Part shown: one piece after another, positions 13,455-26,499 of the stretch
Numbering within the stretch: position 1 is the first letter of the stretch
Layout of the letters: each line of letters opens with the position of its first letter
NCBI GenBank assembly: GCA_951406725.2
Contig: OX597832.1
Coordinates: forward strand, 66,650,001 to 66,714,000
Length of the DNA stretch: 64,000 bases
From: Octopus vulgaris
Taxonomy: Eukaryota
Direction of reading: 5' to 3'
Program-made: the position numbers and the translations under genes
Notes under the pieces: model-generated
The model's database searches: none
What the model saw: only the letters and a program-made list of their open reading frames with translations
What the model was told of the DNA's origin: nothing

Positions 13455-13759
13455 AAATATCATTATTTCTAATTCTCTCAAAAGGAGACTACAGCAGCGG
13501 TACTGGATACTAGTTATCACCAAGCTAAAATCGTAGTCCAGAAAAATAGGACGAATGCTGCCTTTAAATAACTATGTGACACACAAACCTGTGTCCATTG
13601 AACAGGGGAGGTCAACTGCTTCCCCTTGCTCGTCTAGCAGCGACAGACAAGTTTCGAGGTGGCTGCCTCTTATCAATGTGGAATAGCCGAACCGAGCAGG
13701 CGTCGCTGCTGACCGACTGTTCGAAGGATTATTTACCTCAATTCAGTGAATGTATTCTG

Positions 13760-14690
13760 TTTCTTTTTATTTCATCTTAACTTGTTTGGAAATTCTGAAA
13801 AAATCAAATGTTGACATCACTTGCAGCCAAATGGATCGGACGTAAGCAACATTAACTTTTGTCGTCTTAAGCACATCTTCATAATCTCGCCTTGACCATT
13901 TCTCCATATTTTTCTTTTGATTATATGATAACAAGCGTGGATGACCATCTGTTGCTTGTGCGCTCTCTTCAATACGGCTTCCATGTTACTGAGGACTATC
14001 TTGAATAGATTTAATCATTTTCTCTCTGTTCTTGATTGCTGAATACATTATCTGGAAAACGTTTCCATCGATCTTCTCAGATGATATGTACGTTGTTTCA
14101 TTAGAATTGTTTGCCTCCTTAATATGTCTGCCTTGCTCCTTGAGGTGATCAAGTAATAATTGCATGTTGGCGTTCCTGTTCTGATCATATTTCTCAAAAC
14201 TTTCCTTTATCTCTTCTTCTTTGGACGCCATTTCATTACTCTGTCATGCGTCAGATACCTTTGTACGATGTTCTCAAAGACGATCAGGAAAAGCCTTAAC
14301 CTGAACTTTCAAATTTCTCTTATTTAATCCTTAAGTCTTGCGAACATTTTCGTTTCGAGACGTGCAAATGTTGTTATTTGCTTCTTGATCTTTCTGCCGA
14401 ACCTGCTGCGCTTGTTCTCTTTCTTTCTGCAGTTGTTGCAATCTCTGGGGTTCTAGAGAGTCTCTTCTGAGCTTTCTTTAAAGTATCATCATTCGCTACC
14501 TGGGTAACGAGTGTCCTTCACACGAGAACCAGGTTGACATGGTGGCATAATTTGACGCAAGTTTCAAAATAACTTCATACTCAACATCATCAGTAGTTTC
14601 CTTGGCCATTTTCGTTGACATATCTTTAGTTAAAAGGAAGAAGTGGCAGAAAAGGCACTAAGAAATATGTACATTTAGTGCTTCTTCAGT
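13760..14690 (-). pseudogene. Stathmin-family pseudogene, intronless, probably a retrocopy of a multi-repeat invertebrate stathmin
   Basis: Minus-strand translation with frameshifts and stops: CLFCH...MSTKMAKETTDDVEYEVILK.../PGSRVKD/LKKAQKR...LQQLQKEREQAQQVRQKDQEANNNIC...NKRNLKVQVKAFPDRL*EHRTKV...EKYDQNRNANMQLLLDHLKEQGRHIKE...AIKNREKMIKSIQDSPQ*HGSRIEE. This matches the stathmin pattern (F/Y)E(L/V)IL...KLxxAEERR...EENNNF...KENRExQ...RLREH. Confidence 0.78.
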
Positions 14691-17374
14691 ACCGTTGCAA
14701 AACGGATGAAGCGAACTGAACGCGCAGCTTAAAAGCCTGAAGGAAAAAAAGAAAGATTGGTTTGAGGGCTGAGAGCAAAAGAGAAATGGGTTTAGGTCTC
14801 TTTCTCTACTTAGTTACTTTAAACGTTTAAACGGGCTTCATTTTCAACTTAAATTACGGAAACAAGCTATGTTTACAACTGACATCTTGAGGCTCGATAT
14901 ATACAATGTCAAAGCTATAGCTTCCTTAAACCATAGGCACACACAAGCTGTTAACTGCAATGTCAAATATTATGATAATACTAAGTTATCCTAATGTGGT
15001 ATTTCCAAATCCATGTTATTCAAGCATTTCTGCTTTCTCCTCGGACATGGGTTCTTAAACATTATTTAATCATTAAATGCGTACGTATCTGATTGGTGCC
15101 CCGTATAGACTTTCTGTGAAGGAAGGAGAGAAAGAGGGAGAGAGAGAGAGGGAGAGAGATCTGTGTTTTCTGATTATTGTTGGTATTTTAGTGAAAAGAT
15201 TTTATGTTAATGGTGGGGTGATAATGTTATTTTATTAAGCTGCATCTTTTCTCTTGGGGATGATAATGCTTTTCCAGATCGCTTCCGGCCCTTTTGATAA
15301 TTTTGCCACCAGAAATAATATCAAACAATAGATTGGGGTATGCTGCTTCCTTCTACCTTGAAGATGTATGGCTGCATTGCCTTCTAAGTGATTTACATAG
15401 TACGTACGGCCTCCTATAATTGTTCGAGTTTAATATTTTTGTGGTTTGTGTGTTGATTCATACGCAGTTATTACTTTCCTGCGTATGTACCCCGCCAACA
15501 CGTTACAGTTTATCTTAGTGTTGGCGGTTTATTGATTGCTTTATTTTATGGTTTGTTAAATCATTATTGTTAGAGTCCACGTCTTTGTTTCGGTAAAGGA
15601 ATCTTTGTTGCCTTTGATAACTGCAGCGGATTTTAAGCGATTACGCAGGGATCACTAGTTTCAGGTATTCTATCACTTCAGGAAGTCGCTTTATGCTCCA
15701 TTTCTATGATATTTCTCTTATGTTTCTGCTTTTCCTTTTTATTCCTTCGTTAATGATTTCATTAATGTTTCCCGAAACTTGTTTTTGTTATGAATGATCG
15801 TCTTTTACGCGTAGTAAGCTTGAATTTTGATGCTACATTAACAATGGATATGAGAGGTCTACCAACATTTATTTGAATATAATATGGAGGATATGTATGT
15901 GCGTGCATGTGTGTGCATGGGTGCATGTGCATTTATGTATAATATAGTATAATATAATATATATTATATATATCTATATGTATATATATGTATATACATG
16001 TATATATATGTATATGCATGTATATATAATATATATATATATATGTATATATATGTATATATATATATCAGTTTATATAGAAGTTCATTTTGTTTCAATT
16101 AAGTTTACAATGATGTTTTACACTTCATTGTTTCGGACATTTATCGGTAGAAATAAATGTTCGTTTGATCCATTGAAAGATCGACCAGTTTAATCCTTCA
16201 CCGATCCCCTCTTTTATTTTATTGTCAGTTTTCATAGTTTGTGTTCAGAGCACATATTTCATAAATTCAATGCTTATTATAGATTTATTTTTATTCTCTT
16301 GTTTCCTTCTTTTTTTCTTTCGTTGATCAAGTTTCTAACCGTATCGTACGACTTGATTTAGTTGTGCCCTGTAATGGTGTCTGCTTAGTTTGTGCTTGTT
16401 CATTACCACAATTTATGTACTACATGCTTCTTACTTGAATGATTAAAAACAAAATATAATGCAGTATTCACATTTGCATTTGTTTTTACTTAACACTTAT
16501 TTCAGCTGTACGCTTTTTCTCTTAAGCGTATTATCTACACTGAATATTCAGATTTGATTTAAGCAATAAATTACCTAAAAGGAGGAAGTCTTTTGTGATC
16601 CAAAGGCAGGTTATTAATTTTTTTTTTACCTTAGTTCCTTTTTTTCTTGTCATTATATGTATATGTTACGATATTCGGGGTTTTTTTTCGTTTGGAAATA
16701 GTTGCAAAACGTGCAGTAAATACAGAAGGCATTCTTCACATTTCCATCCAACATTTTTTACTTATTTACTTGAGTTTAGCAGTAAATATACAGAGAGTAT
16801 TTATATTATTATTTTCATCCGTTAACAGTTTATTTGCTTTAGTGGCACGGGAAATTTACATTGTACAGTCTTGTTCATGATATGCATCAAAACACGCATT
16901 TTTATCTCAACATTAAGAATGATACAGTTTTCCTTTCCATAAGTTCCTTCTTGTGCAGCTGTGTGTGAAAGTGGAAAAAGTTACTTACGTGCCACGGTAT
17001 TAGTTTTATACAAGCGTTGGTAATTAGAATGTGGTATGAACACTTGTTATACATAATTTATGCGAAACAAAACTAATATAATTACGCTAATTGTTTCATA
17101 TATTCTTTAAAGGAGTATGGTCCAAATTCTTCATTATTGCTCCTGTGTTATTCGTTCATTTTGGTTCGAAATCAACAGTTATTTTTGACAGTAGCAATGA
17201 ACCGTCTCCCAACTCCTTTCTCTCTCCATATTTGCTCCTGACTTTCTTGTAATGTTTAACATAATTAGTAATAATAGTAATGATAACAATAATAATAACG
17301 GTTATGAAAATAGTAGTATCACTCGTAGTAGTAGCAACAATTATGATGATGATGATGACGATAATAATAATAGT

Positions 17375-17556
17375 CCTTTCTACTAAAGGCATAGGGTCTG
17401 GAATTTTGGGGAAACGGGTAAGTCTATTGCATCGACCAAAGTACGATCCTTAAAGGATGAAAGACGAAGTCGACGTTGGTGAAATTTGAACTCAGAACGT
17501 AGCAGCATACGAAATACCGATCAGTATTTCGTCAGGCGTGTTAACGATTCTGCCTT
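17375..17556 (-). mobile_element. tRNA-derived SINE (degenerate)
   Basis: Minus strand GGCAGAATCGTTAACACGCC...ACGTTCTGAGTTCAAATTTC (B-box) ...GTCGACTTCGTCTTTCATCCTTT; related copies at 19545 and 20197. Confidence 0.8.
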
Positions 17557-17579
17557 AAATATAATAATAAGTTTTTATG

Positions 17580-19447
17580 GCATTATATGTCTTTTATATT
17601 TATAATGAAATTTGGGTAGTGTTGGTGTGTTGTTTATTGGTGTGATGAAATCGCTGTGTGTGAAGTCGTTTGTAATAGTGATGTCTGATGACTGTGATAG
17701 AGGTGGTGGTGGTTTTGGTAGAAGTGGTACTGGTGGTAATGATAACAATCAGGAACATGACGTTGGTGACTGTATTGGTGGATGTTGTTGGAAGAAGTGT
17801 TTGTTTTTTGTTTCTCAAAGACGTCTCGCCACTTTGAACCAACCTGCCTGATTTGTGTATTGATTTTTTTCGCATTTTGGCTCTTCATCATCCCTTTCAT
17901 TACAGAACAACTCTCAATGGTCGCAAAAGTAGCGTGGTATTTCCTGCGGGTATATTTTATTTTTGTTCTTTTGGTGGATTCTGATTTTGTTGCTTTTGCT
18001 GCTGTCTGTATAAGACATTAATGTTTGTGTGATCTCTCTTTCGTTTGCTGCTGTTGTTTTCACTGTTGCTGCTGCAAATATTGATGTAGATGTTGCTGTA
18101 GTTGTTCTTGCTGCTACTGATTATGTTGTTTTTACAGACGTAGCTGTCACTTGTCTCTGCTGGTGCTGTTGTTGTAGTGGTGGTTGTGACAGAGTCAGTA
18201 GAAGTAGGAATCTCTCTTCTATATTTTGTTGCGGGCAAATAGCCTTCGGATGATTTGTGTCTCGACACAGGAGACACCTCGGTTTTCTGCCCTCAACGAT
18301 CAAGTTATGGTTTGTTCCATCTGCTAAGCTTTTAATACTTGGTATCTCTTCTAGGTTTTTTCTCGATCCACATGTGCCCACAAATACATACATTGACTCA
18401 ATCAGTTTTGTTTTTGCAGGTTCTGAACCTGCACTATATTTGTTTTGTTCTCTATGTCCTGGAACACAACTGCCTACAACCAGTGGGTGTATTTTTCTGA
18501 TTGTATGTCTCCTATATTAATTTTTGCTACTCGACACACTAGGCGTGTAGGTACCAGAATCAGTTCTTCCTTTTCAAAGCCAAAGTGAAGTGTTTCCTTG
18601 CTTTCTCCTCTTCTTGCGACGTATGCATTAGTGTCTCGCTTTCGTCTTGGACACTTTTCAAGTTGCTGCTGTCTCACCCGTTTTAGTTTACGATATCTTA
18701 TTCCAGTTGTTTTGCATATTATTGTCATTATGCATGATTTTATTGTCATTATGCATGATTTTATTGTCATTATGCATGTGCCCTCTACAATGGGTTCAGG
18801 GGTGTTAAAATAACCCTCTTCCATTTATTTTTAGCGTGCTTCATACCTTCTTAAATCACCATTGGGAAGCTTTACATTTTCTTATGCTTGGCGCATCTGA
18901 ACGGCAAAATAGCTTTATTGCACGATTTGTGGCTTTTGTTGATTCCAGCGAGAGTGTTGGTGTTAATGGTGGTAGTCGTGTCGGCGGTGGTTCAGTTGCA
19001 AGTGTTATGCTTGAAGAATTTTTCCTGCTTTTTTTATGTATTGTTGTGGCTTTGGTAGGGGTTGGCAATGGCAGTAGTACTGTTGTTTTCGCATGTTCTT
19101 TCTTTTATGTGTTTCTCTGTGATGGTGATGGCGCGAGGGTGTTTATGTTTTTATTGTCGCTGCTGATCCTGCTGCTACTACTTCCTTCGCCTACAAAACC
19201 ATCTCTCACTTTCCTAGCTTCTTGATTCAGCGACTAAGATGGCGCCATGTTAAGTTTTAAGAGCTATTTCGGAAAGAAACGGTTTTGTTTCGAAATTTTG
19301 TCGCTTAGGGCGGATAACTGTAACATTTGCTCAGACACGTATGCTGTGCTCTAACCTGACACACTATGCAACAAAAACAAACGGAAACAAAAATAGAATG
19401 ATGTCAATGAACACAAGACAATAACTCACAGAACGCTTGAGGCACGT
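17580..19447 (-). mobile_element. Decayed ORF1/gag-only element of L1/Tx1 type (zinc knuckle, no RT)
   Basis: ORF 18121..18393 has LIVEGRKPRCLLCRDTNHPKAICP (CX2CX4HX4C). Upstream fragments lie on the same strand (18474..18824, 18856..19068), with T/N-rich low-complexity linkers. No endonuclease or RT motifs downstream. Confidence 0.65.
18721..18778. repeat. 21-bp tandem repeat, ~2.8 copies (ATTGTCATTATGCATGATTTT)
   Basis: Seen directly; gives an in-frame KSCIMTI repeat on the minus strand. Confidence 0.97.
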
Positions 19448-19544
19448 CTAGTCTTGGCGGTGAACAACAAAAGCAAAAGCAACAACAGCAACAACGACAA
19501 CAGCAACAACATCAACAACAACAATATTAATAATACTATGCAAC

Positions 19545-19720
19545 TTTTGATACAAGGGTGGCAAATTATTAGGGATGAAATACTGTCGATTACATTGCAC
19601 TAGTAGTTGAGTATTACATGTCATGGACCCCGAAAAGATGGAAGGCAAAAACGACATGGGCATAGTAAGGATTCAATAAATATCGCTAAACATTTCAGTT
19701 CCTGCACTAACGAATTTCTG
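19545..19720 (-). mobile_element. Degenerate SINE, same family as 17375
   Basis: GTCGATTACATTG...GACCCCGAAAAGATGGAAGGCAAA...CTAACGAATTTCTG is similar to the 17375 copy. Confidence 0.65.
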
Positions 19721-20196
19721 ATTTTTCCACTCTAACAATAATACGGAAAGTGATGAACCTTTCGTCGTTTTGCCATAGACGGCAGTTAAATATCATTTGC
19801 AAATGCACTGAGATAAAATAGTAAAGACTATTTGTTTTAGGGGGGAAAACTTGTGACAGTTATCAAAATTTGTTGAAAGCAACATGAAAACGATTGTTGA
19901 TATAGGTCTACTTGGAAAGGACATTCAATGTATTGGCAAAATGAAGACATTTCATTCTCTCACGAAGAAACGCACGCGCGCGCACCGGTTCATATGTTTG
20001 AAGTAGATGCATAGAGATTGGTATAAAAAATAAGATGCAATTACTATTGATACAGAGTCACACAATATTAGGTACACAGTGATTCGACAGATCGGTAAAG
20101 ATTACTCCAAGTCTCATCTGCTCGAACTCCGTTCTACATCTCTTCATTGTTTCTTCAAAAATTCCTACAGATAAATCTTGAACATTGAAATATTGG

Positions 20197-20400
20197 TTCC
20201 GAATTTTGGCACAAGGCCAGCCATTGAGGAGTAAGTCGAATATACCGATCGCACTTCATAACTAATTATTATTTATTCGATCTCGAATGGATCAAAGGCA
20301 ACGTCGACCTCGGGGGAATTTAAATTTAATATGTAAAGAAGGATAAAATGCCGCTAAGGTTTTGATCCTGGGGTGCAAAAGGTTCTGCCTGTTCGCCGCG
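20197..20400 (-). mobile_element. Degenerate SINE, same family as 17375
   Basis: GGCACAAGGCCAGC...AAAGGCAACGTCGACCTCGGGGGAATTT...TTCTGCCTGTTCGCC. Confidence 0.7.
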
Positions 20401-21178
20401 AAATGACCGTTGAAATATTGAGCTGATTTTGCATCTACTAAATCAAATCCTCCCTGAGTAGAAATATGAAGCTTTGAAATATCAAATACGCGAAGTAGTT
20501 TCAATATAGAACTCAAACTACATCGATATTAAACTAAACTGAATATGAACGACAGGAAATCTAATCTAAAAATATACTCCAATGCAGTTTTATATTTAAT
20601 ACGTATATTAATATGAGATTTAACAAAATATATGTCTTTCCTCACAGAAAAAAGATTACAAGTGAATATAATGATGAAATGAAGATAAATTAGCATTGCA
20701 TACAGAATTGCTGGAATTTAGTTGGAATATTCATTATTTTTGCATCGATATAGAGATTTCTATATTTTGATTAATTGAGGTATAAGAACGGGTATTGGAG
20801 TAATATTGTCTTTGGCTTGATTAAGCGGAATAGGGGGAAATGTAGATGCAAAAGCATATATATGTATATGTACATAAGCATGCACATACGCACACGAATA
20901 TATACATGCACACAAATAGCTTGATTCACTGGTAGATATATGTATATGAACATATATTTACACACTTCCACATACACACCCACATCCACCCCCATACATA
21001 CACACACACATACATATATATATATATATTTGTTCAAACATGCACATATACATCTATACTTGAATAGATACCGAATGAAAAAGAGAGGCAGATCTATTAT
21101 ATTATCATGTCATATAATCATAATTGACTTTCATTTAAAAATTTTAGCAACAATATACATGACTTGTAATAATAAGTG

Positions 21179-21222
<44 letters not shown>

Positions 21223-22431
21223 GCACATATATATCTTATAGACAAGTATGTGGGAGTAATTTAGAAGTAATTCTGTATGCATGGATTCAGAACACGTTCT
21301 TGCAATGTCATCTCGTTGAACGTCTTATCCGTATATACAATGTGTGTAAACATCTCACTCTAATTGAGTAGCGTGGATTATAAGATACTGTTGTTTCGGT
21401 TGGATACTTTTCTTCTGCCCGAGAGAAAATATATTCGTTGAAGCTAGATGTCAACAATAATCTACTGAAACCAACAAAAGAATCCTCTCCCTAACCCTGC
21501 AAAAGCTTGAAGAGCTGAAATGAAATACTATGGGCACGCAAAGTGCGGGAATCGAATGCGAAATATCACCTTGGCGAAAGTGGGGTGCATCCTTAAATCC
21601 TTGCTTATTACCATGTTTAGAACAATTAACCATGTCTAGCTAAAAAAAAACATACAAACAAAATCAAGCAAACAAAAGCAAAACACGGGGGCAGTTTGTA
21701 TCACTGAGAAGTAAAACTAGTTCCGAAATATCGGTTCCTAAAATCACTTCCTGCGAGGAATGTGTTCTCAAATATCGTCAGAGTGTTTAATCTTTCAGCG
21801 GGACGAAATACAAGAGCGGAACCAGTGATAACTCTCCAGTGTTTTTTTCCTTGGTCTTTCGTCTGCATCTAACACAATATCATGTTGGGAAGATTTTCCA
21901 GACAATAGCATGTTCTTGTTTGTAGATTTCTAAAACTAAGAGCAGCTGTTCTTTATATGAGCTGTTGGGATTAGTTATTTTACATTCACTCAAATCATAA
22001 TCGAAAATCGTATACATAGCTTTGTACAACAATAAACCTCAGAGCTCACAGTTGGTACCACACAAACAGTTGTGAATTCACTTGTACTTGAGTTTAAGTG
22101 GAAAATTTGAAATAAATATCCAACCTGAATTTAAAAAAGGAACTTGATTAAAAAGACGCTCTACGCGCGTTCCATGACATCATGTGCACACTTATGCACA
22201 CATATATGTATAGATTATGTATGTACATATGTTTATGTATATATGCATATATCTATATATTATGTATATTATTATATGTATTTATATATATACATATATA
22301 TATGTATATATATATGTATATATATATATATATTATTTATATAACTATATGTATATTCATATATATATGCATATGTATATATATATATGTATATAAATAT
22401 GTATATGTATATATATATATATATATATTTG

Positions 22432-22529
<98 letters not shown>

Positions 22530-22548
22530 TATATATATATTTATATTA

Positions 22549-22830
22549 TATAGAGGATCGTGCGTAAGGCCAGACCAATGCGAAGTAAATGCAATGTAAA
22601 TCGCAAGAAAACAAATATGTAAATTGATGTAGACTTACCTTGTATTCAATATTTCGTGGTTATGAACCCATTTTCAACAAATCTATGAATGTTGCCGATG
22701 TGCATGTGTTTGAGCGTGTGTGGAGTAGACATGCGCGGAAAGTTGCTACCTTGCCTTTACTTCGCATTATTTTGGCCTTTCCCACGATCCTTTATACAAT
22801 ACATTCTTCACAATACTTCATATATCTATA
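22549..22830. mobile_element. Miniature inverted-repeat element next to (TA)n, probably a PLE pseudo-LTR derivative
   Basis: ~50-bp imperfect inverted arms at 22549-22598 and 22747-22796, with ~30 nt of extra tail beyond the right arm. A degenerate hammerhead-like string lies on the minus strand (TTGAAAATGG...CCACGAAATATT, ~22645-22680). Confidence 0.55.
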
Positions 22831-22855
22831 CACACACACGCACACACGCATATAT

Positions 22856-22905
<50 letters not shown>

Positions 22906-23199
22906 GTAGTGGTTTCGGGAGGCTAGTATGAAACGATAACTTTTAGAGGGAAATGAAAGTGAGGGGATCTAAGTTTCGTTAACAATGTATCTCGATTCAG
23001 AAAGTAACGAGAGAGGAATTACACGGAAGACTAGATTCAAAGATGCAGGTGAATCAAAAAGTCAAGCGATAGCTATTTTGTTCTAAATTATCCAATCCGT
23101 TAGTATAGAGGATTAGCATATTTTTATAGATTATTGAAAATCCAGAAGAAAATATATAATAAGCTATTATATTCAGGGATACTATAACTGGAAACACAC

Positions 23200-23373
<174 letters not shown>

Positions 23374-24947
23374 AAATTTGTACTGTTCTTGATACCACTG
23401 ACACTGATTCTGAGGAAAGCAAAGCTGGGTATGTATTCAGAAGCCGCCAACAAAAAGTCAACCATTTGTTATTCATCGATGACCACAAACTTATGGGGAA
23501 GATGAAGCCCAAGTTAGTTCCCTCGTTGATACGGTGTACACGTTCAGCGTCGATATCGGAATGGAGTTCGGACTGAGAAAGAGTGGTGTGCTAGTCTTGA
23601 AGAGAGGCAAAATCAAATGTATGGACAGACTAACGATACTATCGGGGAGGTTATGAAGGAGATAGAAGAGACGGGCTATAATTACGTGGGGATTTTGGAA
23701 ATGGATAAATTGATGGAGAAAGAAATGACAGAAAATATTAAGGTGAAGTACTTGCGCAGGCTGAGACTGATCCTTAAGTCGAAATTAAACGGATGGAATA
23801 AGATCGAATCTATCAGAACCTGGGCGGTTTCACTCCTTAAATATAGTACAGGGGTAATCGCATGGACAGTAGACGAACTAAACAGCTTAGACAGAAAGGC
23901 AAGGAATTTGGTAACTAGATATGGGTGACACAGACAGACTGTATGTACCAAGAAAACGAGGGCAAGAGGCCTTTTTGTATGCGAACACAGCATTAGAGCA
24001 GAAGAAAACGACATAGCATGGTATGTAAAAAATGATACAGAACCGATATTATTAGAAGTATGAAGTTCAGGCCTGTGCAAGGTGGAAGATTGCAAAGATA
24101 AAGCACTATACAAGAAATTGAAAACGATTGAAACTGAAAATAGGTGAGTAAAGAAAAGACTGCATGGTCAGTTTCATAGGGATGTTGAAGATAAAACAGA
24201 CAGAGAAAAAGTATGGCTGTGGATGACTACAATTAATTTAAAACCGGAAACGGAGACTCTAATCTGTGCTGCAAAAGAGCAAGCACTAAGAACAAAGTAA
24301 ATAAAATAAAGAATAGAGAGCACATCATGAGGTGATAAATGTAGAATTTGTGGACCAAACGGTGAAAGCGTACGGCATATTACCAGCCAATGTACGCCAC
24401 GAGCCCAGAAGAAACATAAGAGATGTCACGACAATATAGCCAGGTTTGTTCAATGGACACTTTGCAACAAGTATGGATTTGATAGAGCAAAATATTTGTA
24501 CGACCGCAAAACAGAGGACATGGTCGAAAATACAAATGCAAAGATCATATGGCATTTTATTATTCAGTGCGACCATGAGATTAAGAATAGGAAGCAGGTC
24601 ATAGTGTTAAATGAGAAAGAAAACAAATAATACTGGATCATAGATATAGCATGCCCAGCTCACAACAAGGTACGCGATAAGGAGGAAAGAAATGTTGAGA
24701 GATATGACAGGTTAGCTTGAGAAGTTAAGAAGTTGTGGTCGATGAAAATGGTAGCAGTAGTACCAATAATTGTCGGAGCCCGGGGAACAGTGAGCAAAAA
24801 TCTCGAGAAGTACGTGGAACAAATATGGGCTGCAATAAGAGTGGAGCACTTGCAGAAAACAGCACTACTTGGAACCGCTCGAATCACTGGTAGTGAACAA
24901 CTGGCACCGTAGTACATCTCCAGCGTTAGAAGCTGTGCAAATGCATT
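23374..24947 (+). mobile_element. 5'-truncated R4/Dong-type retrotransposon, second subfamily
   Basis: KVNHLLFIDDHKL (FMDD-like); YLRRLRLILKSKLNGWNKIESIRTWAVSLLKY; LKPETETLICAAKEQALRT; CRICGPNGESVRHITSQC; HDNIARFVQWTLC; WIIDIACP; VVPIIVGARGTV; LQKTALLGTARI. (TAA)n on both sides. Confidence 0.92.
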
Positions 24948-24948
24948 A

Positions 24949-24950
<2 letters not shown>

Positions 24951-25028
<78 letters not shown>
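24951..25028. repeat. (TAA)n microsatellite, 3' flank of the insertion
   Basis: Seen directly. Confidence 0.99.
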
Positions 25029-25029
<1 letters not shown>

Positions 25030-26499
25030 TACAACAACAACATGAAAGCTAAGACTCCCTAACAAATTAGCACACAAAAATGGAATCTAGCTGGTCTATT
25101 TGAACAGGATCAAACCGATAATTCATCACACCATTTCACGCTACCGAAATGCAAATATAATTCAGTGGGTAACTGAAATATTTCTTTGTTGATATACCAT
25201 CTAACTGTTACCCCTCTGGCAATAAACTTAAAGTAATAGAAAAGTAATCAGCTGTAACCGTATTATATGAATAACAACAGCAACAGCAAGAACAACAACT
25301 AGACCAGCACCAACAAAAACAACAATAACAATATTAATAATAATAATGTTATAGTTGATATATGTAATCTTCAACTGTATATTCCTACTTTATCATTATT
25401 GTATTTGCTCACTGCTTTCCTGCCGAAATTATTTCTTCATACTTCTTCAATTGAATTTCTCTGTAGTTGCTAGAGAATTATGAACGGGTGCATTATTGTT
25501 TTGCGCTTGATAGCAGTATTGATTTCTTAAAATTCACATATGTTAGTTGTATGCTAGATTATATCAACACCGGTACATGTCTAAAAGTTTTAATGGAGAC
25601 CGAATGGGAAATGCAATGTAGACCTAATATGGTAAAACTATTCATAGTGTCAAAACATAGCAAAACGAAAGTGAGGAGTGAATGGAATTTGATCCACAGT
25701 GTTATAGTCTCGATGAATCCATTAGCGCATGGATACGAATCTTATTGCAAGTAGTAACAAAGAATGAGTTTCTATGTCATGGTTGTTTAATGTGCTAGAA
25801 ATAGCAGTCAAATTTTATTTAAATCATAGCCTTCCATCTTAATAAAAAAAAGACAAGTTTCATATCGTAGTCATGTATTATATGACTACGGTATGCATTT
25901 TAAAATATGTGATGTTCATTTCTTATCTGCCATATCATTGATCATATAACTGCCTGATCAGGATAACCTGAATCTGGGCACAACAGGTAATTGCATATAT
26001 TCATTCTCTTAAATCACATGCAGAGATAATTGGTGCTAAAGGTTATCAGCACTCATCAATATCTATTCATGATACTCGTCACCAGTGATTTGGAATGAAC
26101 CTGTGTATGTAAAATTTATTCGAAATGAAGACACCGAGTTTAGTGTTGTTCCATGAAAATGTGCCGGTACCTGATTATAAATTTCCATAATCCAAATATT
26201 TTTATCTCTGGTGCTTCTCTTCTTCTGTACAAGAATTCGGTAATAAAATACAAATATCGTTGTCGTTAGTAATCCAATCTTAAAACCGCTCCCCCTACCA
26301 TATTTATAGCTAAATCCTCCTGATCTGCTAAAGCTGGGAATTTTATGGTAATTTCCCAAAACGCCCTACGCCTTACTCTGACAAGTTTCCGTTTCAACAA
26401 CAAAAGCTCTAGCTACGCTGCTAATGAAGCAACTAAACTGCTATCTCATATAAATAAATAATTAAGGGATTTATTCCAAGACATTCTGCGACAGCAAAA

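Noticed and set aside
13986-14231. EF-hand/calmodulin-like reading of EEEIKESFEKYDQNRNA
   Set aside because: The loop lacks the G and terminal E of an EF-hand; the surrounding frames fit stathmin much better.
15250-15870. Possible old LINE RT C-terminal remnant on the minus strand (also 47750-48240)
   Set aside because: Only vague similarity with no diagnostic motif; left unannotated.
16690-16800. Cys-containing minus-strand strings (WKCEEC / AFCIYC) suggesting a piggyBac or hAT zinc finger
   Set aside because: Too short, and no transposase context or TIRs.
18721-18778. CRISPR-like or other spacer array
   Set aside because: Head-to-tail tandem repeat without spacers, in eukaryotic context, with no cas genes.
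26000-26360. EGF-like IDIDEC motif and 98-aa ORF 26063..26359
   Set aside because: Cys spacing is not preserved and stops are adjacent; cannot be supported.
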